Positions 39,556 to 51,089 of a DNA stretch of 64,000 nucleotides are shown one piece after another. The first letter of the stretch is position 1; each line of letters opens with the position of its first letter. The notes beneath the pieces are model-generated. The model did not search any database. It was not told the DNA's origin and saw only the letters and a list, made by a program, of their open reading frames with translations. This DNA comes from Raja brachyura (taxonomy: Eukaryota): positions 108,066,001-108,130,000 of the forward strand of contig OY740785.1 in NCBI GenBank assembly GCA_963514005.1. Reading direction: 5' to 3'. The position numbers and the translations under genes are program-made.

Positions 39556-41823
39556 TAGGATTGTTTAGTTATTGCCTTAATAATGTACAAGATGAATGAG
39601 AATGCTACCAATGGCTTTGGTTATTTTTGCATGGAATCAAGGCATCTTGCATATTGAAGCAGTGTGTTCAATCAATTCAATAACTCATTACCTGACAACA
39701 TAACCAAGCATATAACAACATCATGGCCCTAATATTTAAGGAGGGGGCTGCAGCAGCTGGGAAACCACTAATGAAAGTAAGTATGGAAGTGTGCCAAAAT
39801 TAACAAAATTGAACTAATCTCCATGGAAAAAAGTAAAAAAAAAAGGACGTGCTTTCTTCAGTTTGTGGTATGATTTGCTATTAGGTGTAATTCTATTGTT
39901 CTTATTTAAATGCATTTAACCTTCTGGACCTAGACACTATACATATACCATGTCATCTCCTGTTCATGTTTCTCTTTTATTTTTGTTATTCCACTTGGCG
40001 AAATTATAATACCCACTTCCTTGTTTTTAATGACTTAGTTACAACAAGGTTAACATCCCTTGCCTGGTGTGTCGATTTAAAGAGATCCTGCTCTCAAGAT
40101 GGAGCTATTGTGACTAACACATCTTGACAGATGTAATTGATCTTCACTGTATTAGTTGTGGCATTGGAGAAACTGGCTGCAGTGTGCATTTTCATTGCTT
40201 GAATCGGCTTGAAACTTTTTTTTGTAATCCTCGTGAATTCGCTTTGTTTTAAAACCTAATACAAGTACCAAATTTGTGAAGGAAAATAAATGTTTAAATA
40301 TCTCAAAATGTAAGATGGGTACCAATTATTTGTTGTTTGGAATTTTCAGATGCAAGTATGTTCACAATTGCAGTGAACATACACCCTGGCAGGATTTTTA
40401 AATGCAAAAAAATTGAAAAAGTGCAAACCAAGTTCATAATCCCATTAGCTTTAACTAATATCGACAGTCAAATCGACTGGAACAAAGCCACAATTTGATA
40501 TTTTTATGATTAGGTAACCTACTCTCCACATTAAGAAGATAAAGAGCTGGGGAAAGTCTTTAACACATAGAAAGTATGAGAAGTGATCTTAAAATTATTA
40601 GTAACAACTAAGTTCCAAAATTCCTGATTGCTGAAACGGAGTTTGCAAAAATACAAACAGTTATTCTGCAAAACACACACCAAACAAGCCACATAAAATA
40701 ATGTTAACTGGCTGAAATGTTCCCGAGACTGATCAGATTGTCACTTTATTGGCCTAAAAATCTTAAAGAAAATTCTAACCATTCGGTATTTTCATTATTT
40801 CTCACCTCCAAATTGTTAAATATTCGCTAGAACACAATAACACAGTTATGCAAGATATTAAGGTAAATACAATTTTTTTTAAAGTGTTTTATATTTGTTA
40901 CAAAATTCTGCATGTAATTTCTAAAAATGTTAGAATACAAAATGTTAATACAATAACATTCATAACATGAATTAACTTAATTTATCAATTTGTCAGCTGA
41001 CGTTAGCTATGGTCAAAAGGTGCTGGTGCTTGAAATGAAAACATCCTATTCACTGCCAGAATCTTTCTGAGAGCTATTGGAAGTAGAAGTTGTCATCTTA
41101 TCCAAGCTTTTGTTACTTTAAAAACCTTAAATCCAAGATTTTGATCTGTTCAGCAGAACGCTACTTAATAACAAAATTTCCACACCAGAAAAAAATTGCA
41201 TTGATAGATTTCATACGACAACTCAAATATCATGTTGCTATTTACAGATACAAAGAATCTTATGATATTGGAACCACTAAAATATTAAGAGTTTTACCTC
41301 TAGAGTGGGTATACGGGTAATTCTTACACCTATATCAATATGGTAAGTTAATGAGAAATTTGGACCAGGGGGTCAGAGTCAAACAGCTCAATATCCTCAT
41401 TAAATCCTGAGGGGGTTTCAAGTTGCACATTCACCACCCATTTTGAAGTGGAAAATACCTTTTGCTGATGGTTTTATTGATGACTGGGGTCAGAAGTTTG
41501 ACTGAGCAAGGCTACTGTGCAAAGAGCAGCAAGAGTTCAGCGGATGGAGAGGGTGAGAACAGGTCACATGAACAAACATTTGGCTAAAGTGACAAGGTGG
41601 ATGCAAACCATTCCTTTAAGCTTAAGGTCACAGTTGAAAATAATATAGTGTATCTTGACAAAAGCATTAAAGACTGTTGTGGATTAGATGGGTTTTAAAT
41701 TTAATGAAGACAAAGGTAAAAAAACAAGAATATTTTGAGAAATTGAGCATAGTCAACTAACAAAACAGGACATTAACTGTTGCCATATTGCTATATCGCT
41801 CAAAAGTGTAAGCTTTGCTAAAG

Positions 41824-41955
41824 AGGTCTGAAGAGCGGTCTCGACTCGAAACGTCACCTATTCCTTTTCTACAGAGATGCTGTCTGACTCGCTGAGTTAC
41901 TCCAGCTTTTGTGTCTATCTTCAGTTTAAACCAGCATCTGCAGTTCCTTCCTGAG
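41824..41955 (+). mobile_element. Penelope-derived mini element beginning at a hammerhead core (41828-41855)
   Basis: AGGT-CTGAAGA-GCGGTCTCGACTC-GAAACGTC-ACCT then family body and tail; TTGCTAA at 41815 and 41958. Confidence 0.8.
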
Positions 41956-42667
41956 CATTGCTAAGTTTGTTTTATTAGAATTCAACCAAGGGTTTTTACA
42001 AAGCTACATGCTTCAAAGTATAGAATTCTGATAAATGTCCTCCCCAGGTTTCGCTGCTGAGAACAGTTTGGAAACCGAACTGTTCGCAAGTCGGAAATGC
42101 AGCTGCGTACAAGAGTTGCAACACGGTAGAACACTGCTGCAGCTCTGCAGCAGCCGGCAAATCCATGCCGCCGGTCCCCCCAAATGCTGGTTCATGCGGA
42201 CTGGCACTATCTAAGTCAGGCATTCATAAACTAGGGAGGACCTGCGTTTAGTATTCACAAACAAATTCTTTACACAGCTGCATTTTTGAAATTGTGTTCT
42301 GGGAATCAAAGTGCTAAATAAACACAAAACTGATAGCTGTAATATTACCGAGAAGGTGAACAGCAGGTGACCCACAAGCTGGCAAGTCAGAATTGTTCAG
42401 TTAATTCCACCACATTAGATTTATTTATCCGAGTCAGATCAAACAGACAAGCATCAAACAATAGCTGTACTATTTCTCACTGAGAGGTGCAGTATTAATG
42501 GGAAAACCTCTCATGCAGATTCTAAATATCAAAGTAACAAGTTTTATAGGCTTAATAAATGGCTACTATTATTTAAGGATGGAACACTTTGGTGCCGTAA
42601 AGATTTGACCTGCAGCAACTCATTAAGACCATGTATCCTTCTTTGCAAGAACTTGTTAACTATCTTG

Positions 42668-43256
42668 GGTTACACAAAAAGCTGGAGAAACTCAGCGGGT
42701 GCAGCAGCATCTAAGGAGCGAAGGAGATAGGCGACGTTTCGGGTCGAGACCCTTCTTCAGACTGGTCAGGGATCAGGGAAACGAGAGATATAAACAGTGA
42801 TGTGGAGAGATAAGGAACAATGAGTGAAAGATATGCAAAAAAGTATTGGTGATAAAGGAAGCAGGCCATTGTAAGCTGTTTGTGGTGTGAAAATGAGAAG
42901 CTAGTGCGACTGGAGGGGGGGGGGGGGAGATGGAGAAGGAATGTCATGGCCAGAGGGCTGAGGGAGAGGTGGGGGGGAGGCAGTCTGGGTTAACAGAATT
43001 GAGAAAATTCAATGTTTAAGCCCAGAGGATGCAGACTCCCCAAGCGGAATATGAGGTGCTGTTCCTCCAACTTGCGGTGTTGATCACTCTGGCCGTGGAG
43101 GAGGCCCAGGACCGAGAGGTCGGATACAGAGTGGGAGGGGGAGTTGAAGTGCTGAGCCACCGGGAGGTCGGGTTGGTTATTGCGGACCGAGCGGAGGTGT
43201 TCGGCGAAACGATCGCCCAGCCTACGCTTGGTCTCACCGATGTAGATCAGCTGGCA
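42668..43256 (-). mobile_element. Young Penelope-like element 3' end: open GIY-YIG C-terminus (42990-43256), UTR, hammerhead core
   Basis: Manual translation CQLIYIGETKRRLGDRFAEHLRSVRNNQPDLPVAQHFNSPSHSVSDLSVLGLLHGQSDQHRKLEEQHLIFRLGSLHPLGLNIEFSQFC*. Confidence 0.92.
42733..42760 (-). ncRNA. Minimal type I hammerhead ribozyme core (Penelope-type), sense to ASCC3 pre-mRNA
   Basis: CUGAAGA-A-GGGU(CUCG)ACCC-GAAA-CG-UC; all conserved core nucleotides present, palindromic ACGU stem III; stem I weak; activity untested. Confidence 0.7.
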
Positions 43257-43448
43257 TCAGCTGGAACGGCCTGGAGGCGGGCTAATTTCAGGTCCTTGGT
43301 GGAGGTAAGATGGGACAGGAATTGCTGATTGAAGCGGTGGATCTTCCGTTAACAATCTTGTTGTACAATACTGGCCACTGTCCAGGTGCATAGATATGAA
43401 AGGTTTAGAGGGATAGGAGCCAAATAAGGGCAAATGCAATATAACAAA

Positions 43449-43572
43449 AAGGAACTGCAGATGTTGGCTTATACCAAAGATAGACACAAAATGCTGGAGT
43501 AACTCAGCGAATCATGCTGCATCTCTGAGGAAAATCGATAGGCAATGTTTTAGGTCGGGAACCTTCTTCAGG
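43449..43572 (-). mobile_element. Decayed Penelope-derived short element
   Basis: ggaactgcagatg..tagacacaaaatgctggagtaactcagc..ccttcttcag. Confidence 0.7.
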
Positions 43573-43734
43573 CAAATGTAACTGGCTCAGCTAGATAGAC
43601 ATGGATGAGTTGGGACAAAGGGCATGTGTTGTCGTGCTGCATAGTTCTATGATTCAGTGACAGCAAATTACAGCTTTCGAAGAGCTACTGACTGGAGCTA
43701 CACAAAATATGGTTCCATTGCAATTTTGCTGTGA

Positions 43735-44050
43735 TCTTTCAGAGATCTGGTCTCTGCCACACAGGAGCAGCTAGAGATCTTTGTGCAGATGCAGACTGTC
43801 CTCCTCTCTGGACGGTTCGTTCGCTTGTGTGTCAGATGACGTTCTGCTATCGCTTTGCCACAGCCAGTGCCACATCTGTGCCTCTGCGGAGATCGTCCGC
43901 AGTGCTTCTCCTCCGCCGCAAGTCAGTAGGTGGGTGGGCCATTGTCTGTACCTCTCCACAGTTGCACTTGTCAGACGGTGAGATTGGTAAGTATGTGCAC
44001 CAAGGATGGCAGCAGACAGCTTTGAAGTCTCCACATCCGCCCAGTGCCTA
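43735..44050 (-). mobile_element. Old Vingi/Ingi-like 3' remnant
   Basis: Minus frame gives SDKCNCGEVQTMAH, resembling the CCHC terminus of the 36462-37372 element. Confidence 0.5.
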
Positions 44051-44235
44051 CTAGACTGCTGACGGCAGGATTCTCTTCATGTTTTTCACTGTGATATTGG
44101 TATTTACATAGGTCTTGTATCTCATTTAGCTGCAGATGAGTTTGAAAGCGCAGTACTGAGGGGAATCAGGGAAGACTATAGCCAATGTTCCACGGTATCC
44201 ATTCCTCTAATGCTACCCATCAAGTCTGTGCTTAA

Positions 44236-45271
44236 AGTAGGTACGTTACAAAACTTACCTTGAGCAGCGCTGCAGTTCTGCCGCTCCCCGTGTGCGCGAC
44301 TTTGGCGCCTTTCAGAGGGGGGGCGGGCTTAAAGTGCCGTTTTTCCACAGGCAGGAAAAATCGATCAATGTCGGGCGATTTCGTTGCGGAAGAAAAATCG
44401 CTCCGACATTTCATGAATGAAAGTATTTTTAAATTACTCTAAATTATTTATTAACTAGAGTAATTTAAAAATCACCTTCAAAAGCCGTGAGCGCTGACAA
44501 CCGGAAGGATTTTGCGTAGGGGAGAAAAAAAGGTAAATAGTTTATTTTTATATTAAAAGTTGGTTTTTCGGGAGGCTTTAATAACATTTTCATGTTGCGA
44601 AATGGGATCCAAAAAAATGTATGAACAAACAGTATTTTTCCTCCCGACTTCACCGCTAACCACAACGTTCCAATCCACCGCATTCCACTAAAACCCACTC
44701 GCTAGTTGATTTAAATGGCCATTAATTTACAGGAATCAAACACTAAATTCCTTCCATTTGGCCCAGAAATTCATGAAAATGAGATTTAAAAATTATGTTA
44801 TATTGTGGATTATTGTGTGAATGTTATTTGGACACTTAAACAATTTTAAAAAAGTTTATCTTTTCTTAAGAAATGGATAGATGTTTAGATCTACTCATTG
44901 AATTTTGTAATTAGCTACAATTAGATAACGAACTAATTATATGCTTTAATTTCAGGTCATCCAAGTAAGATTGTTTCATATTTGTTTCAGAATGCTTCAA
45001 TCTATAATAACTGAAAATTTAATTGAGTTCTCTTAATTTTTAAGAAAGTTATGGGCTTTTAACTGTTCCAGATCACAGCTTTTGAGTTTAGTCAATTGAA
45101 AGGCAGTGGGGAACAAGATGCTAAGTTCCGAGTATGAAAATGGCCATAACTTTCTTAATACTGAAGATATGAAAGTGAATGAGGTGTCAAATTAAACTTT
45201 TTATGCTTTATCTGATGGGATAAATTGCAGACTTGATTTTTAAAATCTCGAAATTTTGTAACATTGCTACT
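44236..45271. mobile_element. Non-autonomous TIR DNA transposon (~1036 bp; Harbinger- or Kolobok-like target)
   Basis: TIRs AGTAGGTACGTTACAAAA / TTTTGTAACATTGCTACT; flanked by (T)TAA and TAA; no transposase ORF. Confidence 0.7.
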
Positions 45272-45869
45272 TAAAGTCTCAGGGGAAAAGTCAATCTCTC
45301 CACCGACTCGTGAAGGTCCTTGAACCATAACTGGTTCAAGTGGAAAAGTAGCACCCGGATGGCACTGAGAACACTGAGCCCATGTATTGGGAGTACATAG
45401 AAGCTCAGAGCAAACAGTAGGAGGAGGATATCATCTCACAAACTACCCACCTGATTCGGCCCTCTCGCTCCAGCTGTGGATGGGTCTGCAGTTATGACAT
45501 GGGCCTCCTCAGCCCCCTCAGAATCCACAAAAGCAGAGTGCAAACAAGTCACCCAGGTCCTCAGGACCCGAGCAATTACCATAAACCTGAACCCCTACTC
45601 TCTGCAACAGTTCCTCAGCCATGCATTCATCTGCTCTAGAGTCCTATTTTCACTCTCACTGGTGCATGGCCCCAGAACTAATCTAGGGTGTCACTAATCC
45701 TGAGATTCTCAGTGTTCAACTTTTTCTCTTTTAATTTCAGGTTTTCAGTATTTGTGGGTTTAGATTACGGAGAGTCGGTATGTCAAGGAGGACTCTCTCT
45801 AACTTTTACAGGTGCACAGTAGCGAGCTTGCTGACTGGTTGAATCGTGGCTTGGTTCGGCAATTTGAGC

Positions 45870-46350
45870 ACCCAGGAGCGGAAAAGACTACAAAAAGTAG
45901 TAAACACTGCCCACCCAGTCCATCATCGGCTCTGACCTCCCTACCATCGAGGGGATCTGTCGCAGTCGCTGCCTCAAAAAGGCTGGCAGTATCATCAAGG
46001 ACCCACACCATCCTGGCCAAACACGCATCTCCCTGCTACCTTCAGGTAGGAGGTACAGGAGCCTGAAGACTGCAACGTCCAGGTTCAGGAATAGCAACTT
46101 CCCCACAGCCTGTTCCACACCCCATCCGGCTATTAAACTGAAACAAAACTCTGAACATTAATAGACCATTATCTGTTTATTTGCACTGTATCTGTTTATT
46201 TATTCATGTGTGTATATATTTATATAATGGTATATGGACACACGGATCTGTTCTGTATTCATGCCTACTATATTGGGTTGCGCTGAAGCAAAGGAAGAAT
46301 TTCATTGTCGTATCTGGGACACATGACAATAAATTCTCTTGACTTGACTT
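45870..46350 (+). mobile_element. Rex1/Babar-type 3' remnant
   Basis: AGSIIKDPHHPG..LLPSGRRYRSL..SRFRNS-type sequence; catgacaataaa tail with (CTTGA)n. Confidence 0.75.
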
Positions 46351-46449
46351 AATTGTGGAAATATGATGACGTAACTATTAGTTAAAGAAAGTTACTTTCA
46401 CCTTTGTAATATTGGTAGTAAAGAAGGCACAATTTCATAGCATTTGTTT

Positions 46450-47070
46450 CAAGAGGGCTGAAATACAAACATAGGGATGTAATCCTGAGGCTATGTAAGG
46501 CGCAGGTCAGGCCACATTTGGAGTATTGTGGGCAATTTTGGACACCATATCTGAGGAAGGATTTGCTAGCTCTGGAGAGGGTCCAGAGGAGGTTTACAAG
46601 AATGATCCCAGGAAAGAGTAGGTTAACCTATGATGAGCGTTTGTCAGCACTGTACTCGCTGAAATTTAAATGAATGAGGGAGGATCTCATTGAAACGTAC
46701 CGAATAGTGAAAGGCTTGGATAGATTGGATGTGGAGAGGATGTTTCCACTAGTGGGAGAGTTTAGGACTAGAGGTCATAGCCTCAGAATTAAAGGACATT
46801 CCTTTAGGAAGGAGATGAGAAGGAATTTCTTTAGTCAGGGGGTGGTGAATTTGTGGAATTCTTTGCCACAGAAGGCTGTGGAGGCCAAGTCGATGGATAT
46901 TTTTAAGGCAGAGAAAGATTAAGATAGATTCTTGATTAGTACGGGTGTCAGGCATTATGGGGAGAAGGCAGGAGAATGGGGTTAGAAGGGAGAGATAGAT
47001 TAGCCATGATTGAACGGCGGAGTAAACTTGATGGGTTAAATGGTCTAATTCTGCTCCTATTCCTTATGAC
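46450..47070 (+). mobile_element. CR1 3' fragment
   Basis: DLIETYRIVKGLDRLD..RTRGHSLRI..VVNLWNSLPQ. Confidence 0.88.
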
Positions 47071-47755
47071 TCCCTCTTCTCTCCTCTCCTATCACTACGT
47101 ACAGATGTGTGAAAACACCTACCTCCAGATTCAGGGACAGTTTCATCCCAGCTGTTATCATGCAACTGAACCACTCTTGTCAACCACTAGGGAGTGGCCC
47201 TGAGCTATCATCTACATCATTGGAAACTTTCGGACTATCTTTAATCGGACTTTACTGGACTTTATTTTTGCACTACATGTTGTTCCCTTTGTCATGTAGC
47301 TGTGTACTGTGACTGGCTCGATTGTTTTCATGTATTATTGTCTTTCGGCCGACTGATTAGCAAGCAACAAAAGCATTACACTGTATCTCGGTGCACGTGA
47401 CAATAAACTAAACTTCAAACTTCCCTCGGTCTCCGGGGACTGCTGAGAAAGAAAACTCCTCCAGCCAGTGCCAGAAGCTGAAAATGTTCCTCAGAATAAA
47501 GCCATCACGTATGCTTACTAGAAACACGGCACTCTACCTTCCTCACACCCATGACTATGTGACTAAGCTCAGCTCCAAGGCCCTGGGGAGCACACATCTG
47601 GAGTATTGTGTGCAGTTTTGGGCTCTTAAAGAAGGACATCTTTGCTATTGAGGCAGTGCAGCGTAGGTTCACGATGTAAATCCCCGATATGGGGACTGCC
47701 ATATGAGGAAAGATTGGAAAGACAGGGCTTGCATTCACTGGAATTTAGAAGGATG

Positions 47756-50325
47756 GACCTCCTGTTAGGAAATGAGACGGGACAGGTGGCGGAGGTATGC
47801 GTTGGGGAGCACTTCGGGTCCAGTGATCACAATACCATTAGTTTCAAATATAATTATGGAGAAGGACAGAACTGGGCCTAGGGTTGAGATTTTTGATTGG
47901 AGAAAGGCTAACTTTAACGAGATGCGAGATGATTTAAAAGGAGTGAACTGGGACATTTTGTTTTATGGGAAAGATGTAGAGGAGAAATGGAGGACATTTA
48001 AAGGGGAAATTTTAAGAGTACAGAATCTTTATGTTCCTGTTCGGTTGAAAGGAACCAGTAAAAATTGGAAAGAGCCCTGGTTTTCAAGGGAAATTGGACA
48101 TCTTGTTCGGAAAAAGAGGGAGATCTACAATAATTATAGGCAGCATGAAGTAAATGAGGTGCTTGAGGAGTATAAGGAATGTAGAAAGAATCTTAAGAAA
48201 GAAATTAAAAAAGCTAAAAGAAGATATGGGGGTTACACAAAATGCTGGAGAAACTCAGCGGGTGCAGCAGCATCTAAGGAGCGAAGGAGATAGGCGACGT
48301 TTCGGGTCGAGACCTTGAGTCTGAAGAAGGGTCTCGACCCGAAACGTCGCCTATCTCCTTCGCTCCTTAGATGCTGCTGCACCCGCTGAGTTTCTCCAGC
48401 ATTTTGTGTAACCCTCGATTCTCCAGCATCTGCAGTTCCTTCTTTAACTAAAAGAAGATATGATGTTGCTTTGGCAAGTAAGGTGAAAGTAAATCCAAAG
48501 GGTTTCTACAGCTATATTAATAGCAAAAGGATAACAAGGGATAAAATTGGTCCATTGGAGAGACTGAATGGACAGCTATCTGCAGAGCCAAAAGAGATGG
48601 GGGAGATATTGAACAATTTATTTTCTTCGGTATTCACCAAGGAAAAGGATATTGAATTATGTGAGGTAAGGGAAACTAGTAGAGTAGCTATGGATACTAT
48701 GAGTTTGAAAGTAAAAGAAGTACTGACACTTTTGAAAAATATAAAAGTGGATAAGTCTCCAGGTCCTGACAGGATATTCCCTAGGACATTGAGAGAAGTT
48801 AGTGTAGAAATAGCCGCGGCTATGACTGAAATTTTTCAAATGTCATTAGAAACGGGAATAGTCCCCGAGGATTGGCTTACTGCGCATGTTGTTCCATTGT
48901 TTAAAAAGGGTTCTAAAAGTAAACCTAGCAATTATAGACCGGTTAGTTTGACTTCAGTGGTGGGCAAATTAATGGAAAAGATACTTAGAGATAATATATA
49001 TAAGTATCTGGATAAACAGGGTCTAATTAGGAACAGTCAACATGGATTTATGCCTGGAAGGTCATGTTTGACTAATCTTCTTGAATTTTTTGAAGAGGTT
49101 ACTAGGGAAATTGACGAGGGTAAAGCAGTGGATGTTGTCTATATGGACTTCAGTAAGGCCTTTGACAAGGTTCCTCATGGAAGGTTGGTTAAGAAGGTTC
49201 AACTGTTGGGTATAAATGCAGGAATAGCAAGATGGATTCAACAGTGGCTGAATGGGATAAGCCAGAGGGTAATGGTGGATGGCTGCTTGTCGGGTTGGAG
49301 GCAGGTGACTAGTGGGGTGCCTCAGGGATCTGTGTTGGGTCCTTTGTTGTTTGTCATGTACATCAATGATCTGGATGAAGGGGTGGTAAATTGGATTAGT
49401 AAGTATGCAGATGATACCAAGATAGGGGGTGTTGTGGATAATGAAGAGGATTTCCAAAGTCTACAGAGTGATTTAGGCCAGTTGGAAAAATGGGCTGAAA
49501 GATGGCAGATGGAGTTTAATGCTGATAAATGTGAGGTGCTATACCTTGGCAGGACAAATCAAAATAGGACGTACATGGTAAACGGTAGGGAATTGAAGAA
49601 TACAGTTGAACAGAGGGATCTGGGAATAACCATGCATAGTTCCTTGAAGGTGGAATCTCATATAGATAGGGTGGTAAAGAAAGCTTTTGGTATGCTAGCC
49701 TTTATAAATCAGAGCATTGAGTATAGAAGCTGGGATGTAATGTTAACATTGTACAAGGCATTGGTGAGACCAAATCTGGAGTATGGTGTACAATTTTGGT
49801 CGCCCAATTATAGGAAGGATGTCAACAAAATAGAGAGGGTATAGAGGAGATTTACTAGAATGTTGCCTGGGTTTCAACAGCTAAGTTACAGAGATAGGTT
49901 GAATAAGTTAGGTCTTTATTCTCTGGAGCACAGAAGGTTAAGGGGGGGACTTGATAGAGGTCTTTAAAATGATGAGAGGGATAGACAGAGTTGATGTGGA
50001 CAAGCTTTTCCCTTTGAGAATAGGGAAGATTCAAACAAGAGGACATGACTTTAGAATTAAGGGACAGAGGTTTAGGGGTAACATGAGGGGGAACTTCTTT
50101 ACTCAGAGAGTGGTAGCGGTGTGGAATGAGCTTCCAGTGGAAGTGGTGGCGGCAGGTTCGTTGGTATCATTTAAAAATAAATTGAATAGGCATATGGATG
50201 AGAAGGGTATGGAGGGTTATGGTATGAGTGCAGGCAGGTGGGACTAAGGGAAAAAAGTTGTTCGGCACGGACTTGAAGGGCCGAGATGGCCTGTTTCCGT
50301 GCTGTAATTGTTATATGGTTATTAT
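47756..50325 (+). mobile_element. CR1 LINE ORF2 (end of APE domain through RT and C-terminus), few disablements
   Basis: HFGSSDHN, PWF, KSPGPD, NYRPVSLTS, QHGF, YMDFSKAFD, YADD; 3' tail ttatatggttattat. Confidence 0.95.
48229..48447 (+). mobile_element. Young fold-back Penelope-derived element: 85-bp perfect inverted repeat, hammerhead core 48321-48348, 33-nt tail, 15-bp TSD
   Basis: CTAAAAGAAGATATG at 48214-48228 and 48448-48462; arms 48230-48314 / 48330-48414; removal restores CR1 frame KAKRRYDVALASK. Confidence 0.93.
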
Positions 50326-50556
50326 AGAGGGGATCTTATAGAAACATATGAAATTATAAAAGGACTGGACAAGCTAGATGCTGGAAAAATGTTCCCAATG
50401 TTGGGGGAGTCCAGAACCAGCGGCCACAGTCTAAGAATAAAGGGGAGGCCATTTAAAACTGAGATGAGGAAAAACTTTTTCACCCAGAGAGTTATGAATT
50501 TGTGGAATTCTCTGCAACAGAAGGCAGTAGAGGCCAATTCACTGGACGAATTTAAA

Positions 50557-50906
50557 TATCTGGCCCCTCTCACCCTGGCCACAAACTCTTTGAATCACTT
50601 CCCCCTGGAAGGTGACTCCGGACTGTCAAAGCTGCCACAGCCAGAGATAAAAACAGTTTTTATCCACGAGTAGTTGCTCTACTCAACAGCCAAAAATCTG
50701 TAGCCTCCCTATGATCTGGTATTTAGTTGGTTCACATGCTTGATCAATGGTGTTTTATCATTAATGTTTTATTATTATTAATGTTTAGTGTTTTCTGAGT
50801 CATTCGTAACTGTCACTGTATGTCATGTTGTTAATTGTCGGCGGAGCACCAAGGCAAATTCCTTGTATGTGAATACTTGGCCAATAAACTTACTTACTTA
50901 CATACT
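50557..50906 (+). mobile_element. Rex1-type 3' remnant with (CTTA)n tail
   Basis: caccctggccacaaactctttgaatcacttccc..; aataaacttacttactta. Confidence 0.65.
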
Positions 50907-51089
50907 TAAAAGAGTTAGATAGAGCTCTAGGGGCTAGTGTCTAGAGGCACGGGTTACTGATTGTGGATGATCAGCCAAGATCACAATGAATGGCGGTGCT
51001 GGCTCGAAGGGCCAAATGGCCTCGTCCTGCACCTATTTTCTATGTTTCTATGGTTCTATTTACAAACAAAATCACCAATGACACTCACT

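Larger units (their letters stand above)
47578..51055 (+). mobile_element. Host CR1 3' fragment split by two insertions (47756-50325 and ~50557-50906)
   Basis: GAATTTAGAAGGATG (to 47755) rejoins AGAGGGGATCTTATAG (50326); GAATTTAAA rejoins AAAAGAGTTAGATAG near 50907. Confidence 0.8.

Noticed and set aside
42700-42780. Splice-acceptor-like CCTTCGCTCCTTAG|ATG downstream of the ribozyme, suggesting a Penelope intron or cryptic ASCC3 exon
   Set aside because: A matching donor is seen only in the old copy (CAG|GTAACT near 5752) and not in the young subfamily; no support without transcripts
48471-49844. 457-aa reverse transcriptase ORF as a retron/DGR or domesticated gene
   Set aside because: Ordinary CR1 ORF2, 5'-truncated, interrupted and with a premature stop; eukaryotic intron context
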